Assembly: GCA_964383535.1 (NCBI GenBank)
Contig: CAYLHS010000002.1
Coordinates: 4,555-68,554, forward strand
Direction: 5' to 3'
Origin: an uncultured Acidimicrobiia bacterium
Lineage (GTDB): Bacteria > Actinomycetota > Acidimicrobiia > Spongiisociales > UBA4744
DNA: 64,000 nucleotides
This document shows positions 20,957-29,491 of this stretch, one piece after another. The notes beneath the pieces were generated by a model. That model ran no database searches, was not told the DNA's origin, and saw only the letters and a program-made list of their open reading frames with translations. Position 1 is the first letter of the stretch. The number at the start of each line of letters is the position of its first letter. The position numbers were made by a program, and so were the translations under genes.

Positions 20957-21646
20957 GTGGACTGCGAGTTCATCCGGGCCGGTTTCCCGTCGCAGCCCGT
21001 CAATGCGCTCACCGCGCTGGCCTTCGTTGGCGCAGGTGTGCTCCTCGCCACGAGGCGGCGCGGGACGGGGCCGGTCGTGTATGGGCTGGTGCTCGTCGCG
21101 GTGGGGATGACGAGTTTCCTGATGCACGGGATGGGGCTCGACGCTGCGGCGGAGTCCGTCGCCGTGGTCTCGCTCGCCCTGTGGGTCGCGCTCTGGATGG
21201 CGCTCGGAGCCAGCAGAAAGACTGTCTGCGCGTGGGCAGTCGCGACAGCAGTGGGAGCAGCGCTCATCGCGCTCGCACCCGATGTCCGACACACCACGAC
21301 CGCCGTCGCGGCGGCCGCGGCCGCGTTGGTCCTCGTGCGGTTCCAGGATCGGAAAACGTGGATCGCGTTCACTGTGGTTGCCGGCGCAGCAGCGGTCTAT
21401 GTGCTCAGCAGGACCGGCGGTCCCTGGTGCGTCAGCTCGTCACCACTCCAAGGCCACGGCTTGTGGCACCTGATGATGGCCGTGGCCCTCTGGCTGGTTG
21501 GAGACGCGTTGGCGGACCGCCCCCAACTGCGGACGGCGGGCACGGGCTTCCCCAGCCGTGTTTTCTCCCCCTGGAGCCCGCGGGGCGACATTGGGGAAGG
21601 TGCCCGAGGCGAAACCAAGGATGGAGGAGGCCACCCACTCCAATGA
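20957..21646 (+). CDS. 7-TM membrane protein, possibly a CREST/ceramidase-like hydrolase
   Basis: GTG start directly after the ClC stop. S-x3-H (SFLMH) and H-x3-H (HGLWH) motifs typical of the CREST superfamily. Good GC3 composition. Confidence 0.4.
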   Translation: MDCEFIRAGFPSQPVNALTALAFVGAGVLLATRRRGTGPVVYGLVLVAVGMTSFLMHGMGLDAAAESVAVVSLALWVALWMALGASRKTVCAWAVATAVGAALIALAPDVRHTTTAVAAAAAALVLVRFQDRKTWIAFTVVAGAAAVYVLSRTGGPWCVSSSPLQGHGLWHLMMAVALWLVGDALADRPQLRTAGTGFPSRVFSPWSPRGDIGEGARGETKDGGGHPLQ

Positions 21647-21706
21647 CGCCCAACCCCAGCGACTCTTCCACTGTCGTACCACGCATGCGCGTAGCTCCGC
21701 CGGTGG

Positions 21707-22972
21707 CTAGCTCGCTGAGGGGACTACGACCCGCCCAAAGAACAGCAGCGCCCCGGTCTCCGTATCGCGAAGCGCGAAGATGAACGGCCGGTCGATGTCG
21801 AGGGTCACGTCGACCATTGGTGCCGACGTCGCCCGCATGACGACTGCGGTCGCTGCCGCCGCCTCGGTCCCGTTCTCGTCGACGGCGATGTACGCCTCGT
21901 GAATCACCTCGTCGACGAGCAGCTTCTCTACGGTGGTCATGCCGGAGAAGTCGGCGCTGGTTGGATCAAACGCAGTCGGCATCCCGAGCGAGGTCAGCGC
22001 CGGCCTCAGCTGAGCCTGTGTACGGAAGGTGAACTTGGGAACCGTCAACCCCATGGAGGTGGACGACAGCCCGGATACCGCCTCGCTCAAGAGACCGGAT
22101 CCGAGTTCCCGTTCCACGTCGGTGAACCGCCCTTCGTCGGGAACGATCAGAAGCATCGCCAGCGTGTCACCGGAGTACGGAAGCTGAACCGCCTGCCAGC
22201 CATCTCCGTTTGCATAGTCGAATGAGGACGTCTGATGCATCATGGGCACCGTCAGTTCCGTCCCCGCGAGGGTCGTGAACGACCCGTCGGCGGTGTCGTT
22301 GGGATCGAACTGGTGTGCCCACGTGGCGTTTAGGTACACGGCGTTGACGAGTACGAGCCGGGTCAGCTCGTTGAGAGCTCCCGCGGGGATGAGATCGGTG
22401 ATCTTGTCATTGGTCCGGGACGCCACCCACTCGTTGATCTGAATCCGAGCTCTTTCGGCGCCGGTCTTGAAGTCGACCAGCCGCATCCCGGTCCCATAGT
22501 CCTCGGCAAGGAGATCGAGGAATGGTGCTTCGAACGTCAGCCCATCCTGACCCCACAGCGAGTTGGCGAAGCTCAGCTCAACCCGATCATCCCCGCTCTT
22601 GAAGCTCCTCGACTCGAGGATCTGGTCGAGCGCGTTCATCGCGGAGTGGAACGCGGGGTCTTCGAGGTCTATGTGCAGCACGGCGGCCATCTCAGCGGCC
22701 GTTACACCCCGAGCCCCCGCGTAGGTCATGGCGAGTGCGGTCATGATGCTCGCCGGTGAGAACACGACGTTTCCGCTCCCGGTCGAGAGGACCGTGTACA
22801 GGTCGGTTCCGAACGACTCCATGCTCGAAGCAGCGTTCTCTACATCGCTGGAAGGCGCGTGCGCGGCGGCCCTCTGCGCGTCCGACATCGCCATCGCAAC
22901 CGGCGGCTCAGCTGCACAGGCGCCCGCGATCAACATCCCTACGAGACTCACTATGACGGCTTTGAAGGACAC
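21707..22972 (-). CDS. Secreted serpin (serine protease inhibitor)
   Basis: NAVYLNATW motif. Hinge GTEAAAATAVV and shutter FIFALRD. AGGAGG RBS 6 nt before a GTG start. Signal peptide with an ACA-AEPP cleavage site. Confidence 0.8.
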   Translation of the reverse strand: MSFKAVIVSLVGMLIAGACAAEPPVAMAMSDAQRAAAHAPSSDVENAASSMESFGTDLYTVLSTGSGNVVFSPASIMTALAMTYAGARGVTAAEMAAVLHIDLEDPAFHSAMNALDQILESRSFKSGDDRVELSFANSLWGQDGLTFEAPFLDLLAEDYGTGMRLVDFKTGAERARIQINEWVASRTNDKITDLIPAGALNELTRLVLVNAVYLNATWAHQFDPNDTADGSFTTLAGTELTVPMMHQTSSFDYANGDGWQAVQLPYSGDTLAMLLIVPDEGRFTDVERELGSGLLSEAVSGLSSTSMGLTVPKFTFRTQAQLRPALTSLGMPTAFDPTSADFSGMTTVEKLLVDEVIHEAYIAVDENGTEAAAATAVVMRATSAPMVDVTLDIDRPFIFALRDTETGALLFFGRVVVPSAS

Positions 22973-23166
22973 AGCAACCTCCTCGCCGCTTAGACGGCAA
23001 CGACGCCGTGGAGGTTCCCGTGCAGCCGGGCTCCGCCCGGCGTACATCGTATCTCGCACGCGACCTGATCGGGCCCACAGGCCTTGGCTGCGGCGCCAAC
23101 CTCGGCGCGTTCCCCTGCCGCACCACCCGATACGAAGTACCAGTACGGGATACTGCCCGGCGAGTC

Positions 23167-23649
23167 TCAGTCGCCTCTGAGCGCGCTCAGTCCTCCTGCG
23201 ATCACCAGCGCCGTGCCAACCAGGAGTACGAAGAATCCGAATCCCGCGCTCACGGCATACGCGGTTGGAATCAGTCCTCCGGCGTATGCCTGCGCCATCC
23301 CGGTTTGCAGCGTGTCGGCCGTGTCGAACGCATCGATCATCTTGACCACTGTGTAGGCGAGCAACGCAGTGCCGATCACGGCGGTGGTCAATGAGGCGTT
23401 CTTGCTCATGGCCTTGGAGACGGGACCCATGAGCGCAAGCACGACGACCACGACGAGGAGCACCACGAGCACGATCTGCGCCCACGTATCCAGCCCACCC
23501 CAAATGGTCGGAATGCCGGCCGGGAACGTGGGGTCGGCCTGGTGCAGGTTGGGAAGGAGCGATTCACCTGCCGTCCTGAGCGCTTTCATGAAGAGCCCGA
23601 TGACGCCGATGATCACTCCTCCGAGTATGAACAGTCGACCGGTATGCAT
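23167..23649 (-). CDS. Small membrane protein, hypothetical (4 TM)
   Basis: Hydrophobic helices. No recognised family. Confidence 0.45.
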   Translation of the reverse strand: MHTGRLFILGGVIIGVIGLFMKALRTAGESLLPNLHQADPTFPAGIPTIWGGLDTWAQIVLVVLLVVVVVLALMGPVSKAMSKNASLTTAVIGTALLAYTVVKMIDAFDTADTLQTGMAQAYAGGLIPTAYAVSAGFGFFVLLVGTALVIAGGLSALRGD

Positions 23650-23734
23650 GATCTCCCTCCACTCTGATCGCCTCCGATACTACGGACCAAAGCGGACGAG
23701 TGGAGTCTGTACGGGACTCGACCTTCGGAAAAGC

Positions 23735-24433
23735 TCAGTCGCCGCGACCGAATCGAACGAGCCAGTCGGCGACGAGACGGCCGTCGATTTGGCGATCAAG
23801 CGTCGCCAAGGCGGCGTCCACGGCAGCGTCACCGACCCGTTCCCGGCGAAGGGGCAAAGATGCCCTCGAGAAGTCGGCCGTGAACTCGGGGTGTCCCTGG
23901 ATCCCGATCATGTGACCTTCGACGCCGAACATCCATACCGGGCAGTGGTCGCTCGAAGCCAGCAGGCGGGCTCCTGGCGGCAGCTCGTCGACCTGGTCCT
24001 GATGGCTCATTACGAGGTTCAGCTCCGTCCTGGCGGGCCGCATCCACGCCGTCTGCTCGACGATTCGGCCCGTGTGGACACCCACACCCCACCCTCGGGA
24101 GGACTTTGCGACATGCCCTCCGAGCGCCTGGGCAAGCATCTGGTGTCCGAAACACACTCCGGCAAACCGATGCCCGCCCTCAAAGAGATCCACGATGAGG
24201 CGCTCGAGTCGCCGGCCGGGTTCGCCGTCCTCGTATACGGAGGCCTTGGAACCGGCGGACATCCACATGTCGCACTCCCCCAGGGAGGAGGGTTCGTCTC
24301 CCGCCGTGAGGTCATAGAACCGAAGTGTCACGTCCTGGTCGGCAAACAGGTCTTCGAACATCTTCGGATAGTCACCCGTCGCAGGGAGGAGGAAGTCCGG
24401 AATGTGATCGGGAAGCAGTATGCCGATGTCCAT
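23735..24433 (-). CDS. Class I glutamine amidotransferase-like protein (GATase1)
   Basis: GVCFGHQ Cys nucleophile motif. HPE near the C-terminus. Confidence 0.8.
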   Translation of the reverse strand: MDIGILLPDHIPDFLLPATGDYPKMFEDLFADQDVTLRFYDLTAGDEPSSLGECDMWMSAGSKASVYEDGEPGRRLERLIVDLFEGGHRFAGVCFGHQMLAQALGGHVAKSSRGWGVGVHTGRIVEQTAWMRPARTELNLVMSHQDQVDELPPGARLLASSDHCPVWMFGVEGHMIGIQGHPEFTADFSRASLPLRRERVGDAAVDAALATLDRQIDGRLVADWLVRFGRGD

Positions 24434-24497
24434 GAGCTGCCGAAGTCTACGCCATACTGCTTGGCCTGAAGCCCATGAGCCGCTACGCTGTCCTGCG

Positions 24498-24566
24498 ATG
24501 AGAGACCGCTTCTTCTTTGCGTACTTTTATGCCGGGGCCGAGGCCCGGGCCGAGGGGACGCGCTAA
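24498..24566 (+). CDS. Putative attenuator leader peptide MRDRFFFAYFYAGAEARAEGTR (Phe/Tyr-rich)
   Basis: A 22-codon ORF with 7 aromatic codons in 8 consecutive positions (FFFAYFY). It lies 95 bp upstream of the DAHP synthase/CM-tyrA-pheA operon and is followed by a terminator-like hairpin. Confidence 0.5.
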   Translation: MRDRFFFAYFYAGAEARAEGTR

Positions 24567-24591
24567 GACGTAGCAGCAAGACACCCTGAGA

Positions 24592-24618
24592 CCCGGAGCC
24601 GGAGGCTCCGGGTTCTTC
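24592..24618 (+). terminator. Attenuator terminator hairpin CCCGGAGCC-gga-GGCTCCGGG followed by TTCTTCG
   Basis: Perfect 9-bp GC stem with a 3-nt loop and a pyrimidine-rich tail. Sits between the leader peptide and the aro operon RBS. Confidence 0.45.
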
Positions 24619-24660
24619 GCGTTCCCGGCGCCACCGGTCCCAAGAGAGGACCGAGACACC

Positions 24661-25725
24661 ATGGATCCCATACGCCACCGCACCGAGACGGCGTCCGTCG
24701 TGACGGTCGGTACCGTCAACTTCGGGGATGGCTCCTATCCCGTGATCGCCGGCCCCTGTGCGGTCGAAAGCGAGTCGCAGCTGATGGCCGCCGCGAGGAT
24801 CGTGGCCGGAGCCGGAGCTTCGATGCTTCGGGGAGGCGCCTACAAGCCTCGTACTTCTCCCTACTCGTTCCAGGGTCTGGGCCGCGAGGGTCTACGCCTG
24901 TTGCACGCTGCAGGCCAAGCGACGGGTCTGCCAACGATCGCCGAGGTGATGGAACCGGGAGAGGTCGAGATCGCAGCGGCGCACCTCGACATGCTTCAAG
25001 TCGGATCGCGCAACATGCAGAACGTGCCGCTCCTACGGGAACTCGGGAAGACCGGCAGTCCGGTGCTTCTCAAACGAGGCTTCGCCGCGACGATCGACGA
25101 GTGGCTGCTGGCGGCGGAGCACATCCTCAATGCAGGGAACTCTCAGATTGTGCTCTGCGAACGGGGCATTCGGACGTTCGAAACACAGACGAGAAACACG
25201 CTCGATATCAGCGCCGTTCCAGTGGCAAAAGCACTCGGTGGTCTGCCGGTGATCGTCGATCCGAGTCACGCAGCAGGACGCCGGGACCTCATCACCCCTC
25301 TGGCCCTCGCAGGGAGGGCCGTCGGAGCGGACGGCATGATGGTCGAGGTTCACCCCGACCCGGATTCGGCGCTCTCGGATGGCCCACAGCAACTCGATGG
25401 TCGCCAGTTCGCATCGCTCATGGACGCACTCGACATCCACTCGCGCAGAGAAGAGATCGACCGCATCGACCATCGCATCATCCACCTGCTTGCGCGTCGA
25501 CTTGAGACATCCCTCGAGATCGGGCGAGCAAAGACGGCCAGAGGACTCCCGTTGCACAGCCCCGCACGCGAGGAGACGATTCTGGACATCGTGGGAGGCG
25601 AGGCCGCTCGCGCGGGGCTCGATCCTCGCGTGGTGCGAGCCATGTACGAGTCTCTTCTGACGGAGTCACGAAGTGCACAGCACCGGACGGCGTTGACGGC
25701 GGTACAGGGTGGAATCGGTGGATGA
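24661..25725 (+). CDS. Bifunctional 3-deoxy-7-phosphoheptulonate (DAHP) synthase type I-beta with C-terminal chorismate mutase (AroQ) domain
   Basis: KDO8PS/DAHPS I-beta fold ([17 protein letters not shown]). C-terminal [15 protein letters not shown]...GRAK chorismate mutase motifs. Confidence 0.85.
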   Translation: MDPIRHRTETASVVTVGTVNFGDGSYPVIAGPCAVESESQLMAAARIVAGAGASMLRGGAYKPRTSPYSFQGLGREGLRLLHAAGQATGLPTIAEVMEPGEVEIAAAHLDMLQVGSRNMQNVPLLRELGKTGSPVLLKRGFAATIDEWLLAAEHILNAGNSQIVLCERGIRTFETQTRNTLDISAVPVAKALGGLPVIVDPSHAAGRRDLITPLALAGRAVGADGMMVEVHPDPDSALSDGPQQLDGRQFASLMDALDIHSRREEIDRIDHRIIHLLARRLETSLEIGRAKTARGLPLHSPAREETILDIVGGEAARAGLDPRVVRAMYESLLTESRSAQHRTALTAVQGGIGG

Positions 25726-26761
25726 TCGGCATGCCGGCATACTCGGCACCGGCTTGATCGGGGCGTCGATCGGGCTTTCGCTGAGTCGACTCGGATGGAA
25801 TGTCATCGGCTGGGACGAGGATCCCCTTGCGTTGTCGATCGCCCTATCACGCGGAGCCGTCTCGTCGGCGGCCACATCCCACGACGACCTGACGTCTCGC
25901 GAACTCGATCTGTTGGTCATAGCAACGCCGCCCAAGGTCACCCCGCAGATCCTCAGGGGACTCACGACCGAGGCACTCGTCACCGACGTCACCGGGATCA
26001 AGACGGACGTGATCGTTGCCGGCGCCGGTCTGACCCGGTTCGTGTCGAGCCACCCGATGGCCGGCAGAGAGGTGAGCGGGCCAGAGGCAGCGGACGCATC
26101 TCTCTTCAACGGAGCCGCGTGGATCATCGTCACCGATGGAGCCTCCGAGACGGATATCACTGCGCTCGAACGAATCGTTCGACTCCTCGGCGCCCACCCG
26201 GAGCGCATGGACGCCGAGCGCCACGACCGGGTCGTGACCGCCATCAGTCATTTGCCTCAGATCCTTGCCTCCACACTGATCACGGAAGCGACACGGACGG
26301 TGCCCGACCTTTCGCTGATCGGAGGCAGCTTCCGCGATCTCACCCGAGTCGCCGCATCTGATCCGGTCCTGTGGTCCGACCTGTTGGACACCAACCGGGA
26401 CCTCGTGGTCGAGATGCTCGCCGCCTTCGAAAAGCGCCTCGCTGGCATGTCGAGTCTTCTCGAGGCACGTCGAAAAGACGACCTGTTCGACTCACTCTCA
26501 GAGTCCGCGAGGCTTCACCGCGAACTCCACGCGCCGGTCGGTCTCGTCGAGGTCGCGCTCCCGGACCGACCAGGCGAACTCGCTGCCGTCGGGCGCGCGC
26601 TGGACCACGCCCGCGTCGACGTACGAGATCTCCAGCTCCGCCATGCCCCCTATGGGGGAGGTGGCCTGCTGCGAGTCTTCGTACACAACGCGGACCTCCC
26701 GACGCTGAGCGCGGCACTCGCCGCAGAAGGGCTGACCGTCACCAGAGAGGAGAAACGATGA
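25709..26761 (+). CDS. tyrA: Prephenate dehydrogenase with C-terminal ACT domain
   Basis: ILGTGLIGASIG Rossmann motif. HPMAG motif. C-terminal ACT domain. GTG start overlapping the upstream gene. Confidence 0.8.
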   Translation: MESVDDRHAGILGTGLIGASIGLSLSRLGWNVIGWDEDPLALSIALSRGAVSSAATSHDDLTSRELDLLVIATPPKVTPQILRGLTTEALVTDVTGIKTDVIVAGAGLTRFVSSHPMAGREVSGPEAADASLFNGAAWIIVTDGASETDITALERIVRLLGAHPERMDAERHDRVVTAISHLPQILASTLITEATRTVPDLSLIGGSFRDLTRVAASDPVLWSDLLDTNRDLVVEMLAAFEKRLAGMSSLLEARRKDDLFDSLSESARLHRELHAPVGLVEVALPDRPGELAAVGRALDHARVDVRDLQLRHAPYGGGGLLRVFVHNADLPTLSAALAAEGLTVTREEKR

Positions 26762-27567
26762 GGATCGGCTATCAGGGTGAGGAGCATTCGTACAGCCACC
26801 AGGTCGTGTCAGAACTGTTCCCAGGTGCCGAGACGCGAGGACTGACGAGCTTCCCCAGCGTGTTCGCCGCACTGGCCGACGGCTCCGTGGACCGGCTGGT
26901 GGTTCCCATCGAGAACTCGACCACAGGGAGCATTCTCGAGGTGCTCGATCGCCTCGCTGTATCCAACGCCTCCATCGTGGCGGAGTACTACGGGCATGTG
27001 CGCCACGCGCTCATTGGACGACCAGGAGCGACCACGGAGACGATCCGACGCGTCCTGTCGCATCCGGAGGCGCTCGCACAGGCCAGAGAGACACTGGCGA
27101 TCAACGGGTGGGAACCTGTCCCCGTTCCAGACACGGCCGGCGCCGTGCGGATCATCGCGGAGGGGGGAGACCCCGCCCAGGCCGCCCTCGCCCCACCCGC
27201 TTCGCGAGAGCGGTACGGGCTGGAGATTCTCATGTCGGATGTCGTGGACCGCGCCCACAACGCGACCCGGTTCGTGGTACTCGCGCCGGATTCCTGCGAA
27301 CCGGTCATTGATGCGGACAAGACCTCGATCTGCTTCGCAACATCGCACACGCCGGGAGCACTGGCCCTCGTCCTCACCGAGCTCGGCCTGCGGGGCGCGA
27401 ACCTCACCCGAATCGAGTCGAGGCCGGGCGACACTGCCTGGACGTACCGGTTCTTCGTCGACCTCCTTCATGCTCCAGGACCTGAAGGCGTCGAACGGGT
27501 CCTCCAGCCTCCGCCGGCATCCATGCACGAACTCACCGTGCTCGGATCGTATCGAGCCGTTCGCTAG
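26758..27567 (+). CDS. pheA: Prephenate dehydratase with ACT domain
   Basis: PDT domain (TRF, ESRP motifs). ATGA overlap with the tyrA stop. RBS AGAGAGGAG. Confidence 0.85.
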   Translation: MRIGYQGEEHSYSHQVVSELFPGAETRGLTSFPSVFAALADGSVDRLVVPIENSTTGSILEVLDRLAVSNASIVAEYYGHVRHALIGRPGATTETIRRVLSHPEALAQARETLAINGWEPVPVPDTAGAVRIIAEGGDPAQAALAPPASRERYGLEILMSDVVDRAHNATRFVVLAPDSCEPVIDADKTSICFATSHTPGALALVLTELGLRGANLTRIESRPGDTAWTYRFFVDLLHAPGPEGVERVLQPPPASMHELTVLGSYRAVR

Positions 27568-27619
27568 ACCAGTCAATCCTTATTGCCTCAATCATCGTTG
27601 AGGTATTAGGATCGAGTGG

Positions 27620-28270
27620 ATGGATATCGAGTCGAGAGCGAAACGGCACGCAGCGTTGGGCGACCCGATTCGACTTGCCCTCGTCGACGACCTGTCCACC
27701 TCGGATCGCACTCCCGGCGAGCTGTCGCAGCGCCATGGTGTGCCATCCAACCTCCTCGCGCACCATCTCGACGTTCTCGAGAAGGCAGCGTTGGTCGTTC
27801 GACTGTCGTCATCGGGCGATGCTCGGCGCCGGTATGTCCACCTCAAGCACGAAGCACTCACCGGGCTCGGCGTTTCGTTTCCGGCTCCGGACGGTCCAGT
27901 GCTCTTCATCTGCACGCACAACTCCGCCAGATCGCAACTCGCGGCAGCCGTGTGGTCGGAGAGCCTCAGTGAACCAGCATCGAGTGCCGGCACTCACCCT
28001 GCAGAGAGGATCCATCCCGGCGCCGTGGAAGCAGCAGCCCGAGCAGGCTTGGACATCAGCGGCGGACGACCACGGTCGATCGACGAGATCGAGCTTCAGC
28101 AGTCACTCGTGATCACGGTCTGTGACCGGGCGCACGAGGAACTGACCCCGGAGGCAACGTGGTGGCACTGGTCGACGCCCGATCCGGTCGACCTGGCCAC
28201 ACCGGAGGCATTCGATGGTGCGCTCGCTGCACTCCGAGACAGAATCGAAACCCTTGGGAGGACTCGATGA
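27620..28270 (+). CDS. ArsR-family HTH regulator fused to LMW-PTP-type arsenate reductase (ArsC)
   Basis: N-terminal ArsR HTH (LGDPIRLALVDDL...ELS...LAHHL). C-terminal CTHNSARS P-loop of a thioredoxin-coupled ArsC. Confidence 0.75.
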   Translation: MDIESRAKRHAALGDPIRLALVDDLSTSDRTPGELSQRHGVPSNLLAHHLDVLEKAALVVRLSSSGDARRRYVHLKHEALTGLGVSFPAPDGPVLFICTHNSARSQLAAAVWSESLSEPASSAGTHPAERIHPGAVEAAARAGLDISGGRPRSIDEIELQQSLVITVCDRAHEELTPEATWWHWSTPDPVDLATPEAFDGALAALRDRIETLGRTR

Positions 28271-28890
28271 CCACCGACGTCATTCGCCAGATCACCGACC
28301 GTATCGCACCGGACTACGAGCAGATCTTTCCTCGGGAGATCACCCAGCGAATCGTCGCCGAGTCGCTGAGCACGTTGAAGGAGCAAGCGACCATCACCGC
28401 ATGGCTCCCGACCTTCGCTGAGCGATTCGCTCGAGATCGGCTGCGCGCGCTCGCAAAGGCCGAGCATCTCGTCGACGACGAACGCCCCGCCGTGCTCTTT
28501 CTCTGCGTGCACAATGCAGGCAGATCGCAGATGGCGGCCGGCCTGCTCCGACACCTCTCAGGCGGGGCAATCGCGGTGTTCTCAGGTGGTTCCGAGCCTG
28601 CCTCCGAGATCAACTCGGTTGCCGTGCAGGCCATGGCCGAGATCGGCATCGATATCACGAGCGAATTCCCCAAGCCGTGGACCAACGAGGTCGTCGGTGC
28701 CGTCGATGTCGTCGTGTCGATGGGGTGCGGTGACGCCTGCCCCATACTCCCGGGAAAGCGCTACCTCGACTGGGAACTGGAGGATCCTGCCGGCAAGACC
28801 ATCGAGGTCGTACGGCGGGTTCGTGACGAGATCGCGCGACGTATCAGGGGCCTCGTCACTGAACTCGGCGTCGAACCGCGGACTGTCTGA
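28267..28890 (+). CDS. arsC: LMW-PTP-type arsenate reductase with about 70-aa N-terminal extension
   Basis: CVHNAGRSQMA P-loop. ATGA overlap with the upstream gene. GGGAGGA RBS. Confidence 0.75.
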   Translation: MTTDVIRQITDRIAPDYEQIFPREITQRIVAESLSTLKEQATITAWLPTFAERFARDRLRALAKAEHLVDDERPAVLFLCVHNAGRSQMAAGLLRHLSGGAIAVFSGGSEPASEINSVAVQAMAEIGIDITSEFPKPWTNEVVGAVDVVVSMGCGDACPILPGKRYLDWELEDPAGKTIEVVRRVRDEIARRIRGLVTELGVEPRTV

Positions 28891-28943
28891 TTCACCCTGG
28901 TCATCGCCGGTGATCTCACGTAGAGTGACATCAGGGAGGGAAC

Positions 28944-29354
28944 ATGGCGACCACGAGAGCGTCGGACCGAAGCGGCTATGTCGCAGCGATCATCGTCAAC
29001 GCGGCGCTGATCTACCTGCTCAGCAACCTCCTCGAGTGGAACCTCCTGCCGTTCCTCACAAACGACTTCGTGACGGTCAGGGGGTTGATCCGGCTCTCGC
29101 TGATCGTGGCAATCGTCTTCAACGCGGTCTTCCTGACCTTCGACGTCCCATGGTTCAGATCCACGGGACGTATCGTGATGAGTGGGCTCAGTCTTGTCGT
29201 CTCGGTGGCCCTGTACCGGACGTTTCCTTTTGACTTCTCACCGTACAGTTTCGACTGGTCGACCATCGTGAAGGTGCTCGTCGCGATCGCAATCGGCGGA
29301 TCGGCGATCGCGATCCTCGCCGAGCTGGTGAAGCTCGTACGCGGGAACAGGTAG
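28944..29354 (+). CDS. Small membrane protein, hypothetical (4 TM)
   Basis: Hydrophobic segments. No recognised family. Confidence 0.4.
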   Translation: MATTRASDRSGYVAAIIVNAALIYLLSNLLEWNLLPFLTNDFVTVRGLIRLSLIVAIVFNAVFLTFDVPWFRSTGRIVMSGLSLVVSVALYRTFPFDFSPYSFDWSTIVKVLVAIAIGGSAIAILAELVKLVRGNR

Positions 29355-29491
29355 CCAAGCCTGAGCCTCGGCTGTTGGGATCTTCATTGGTGTGAACGGC
29401 TCTTCCATCTCCCGCTCCACCGCATACACCCTCAACATCGGGCTCCGCCCTGCTGTGGGAAATGGGAGCAGAGGCTCACCTCACGAGCCCT

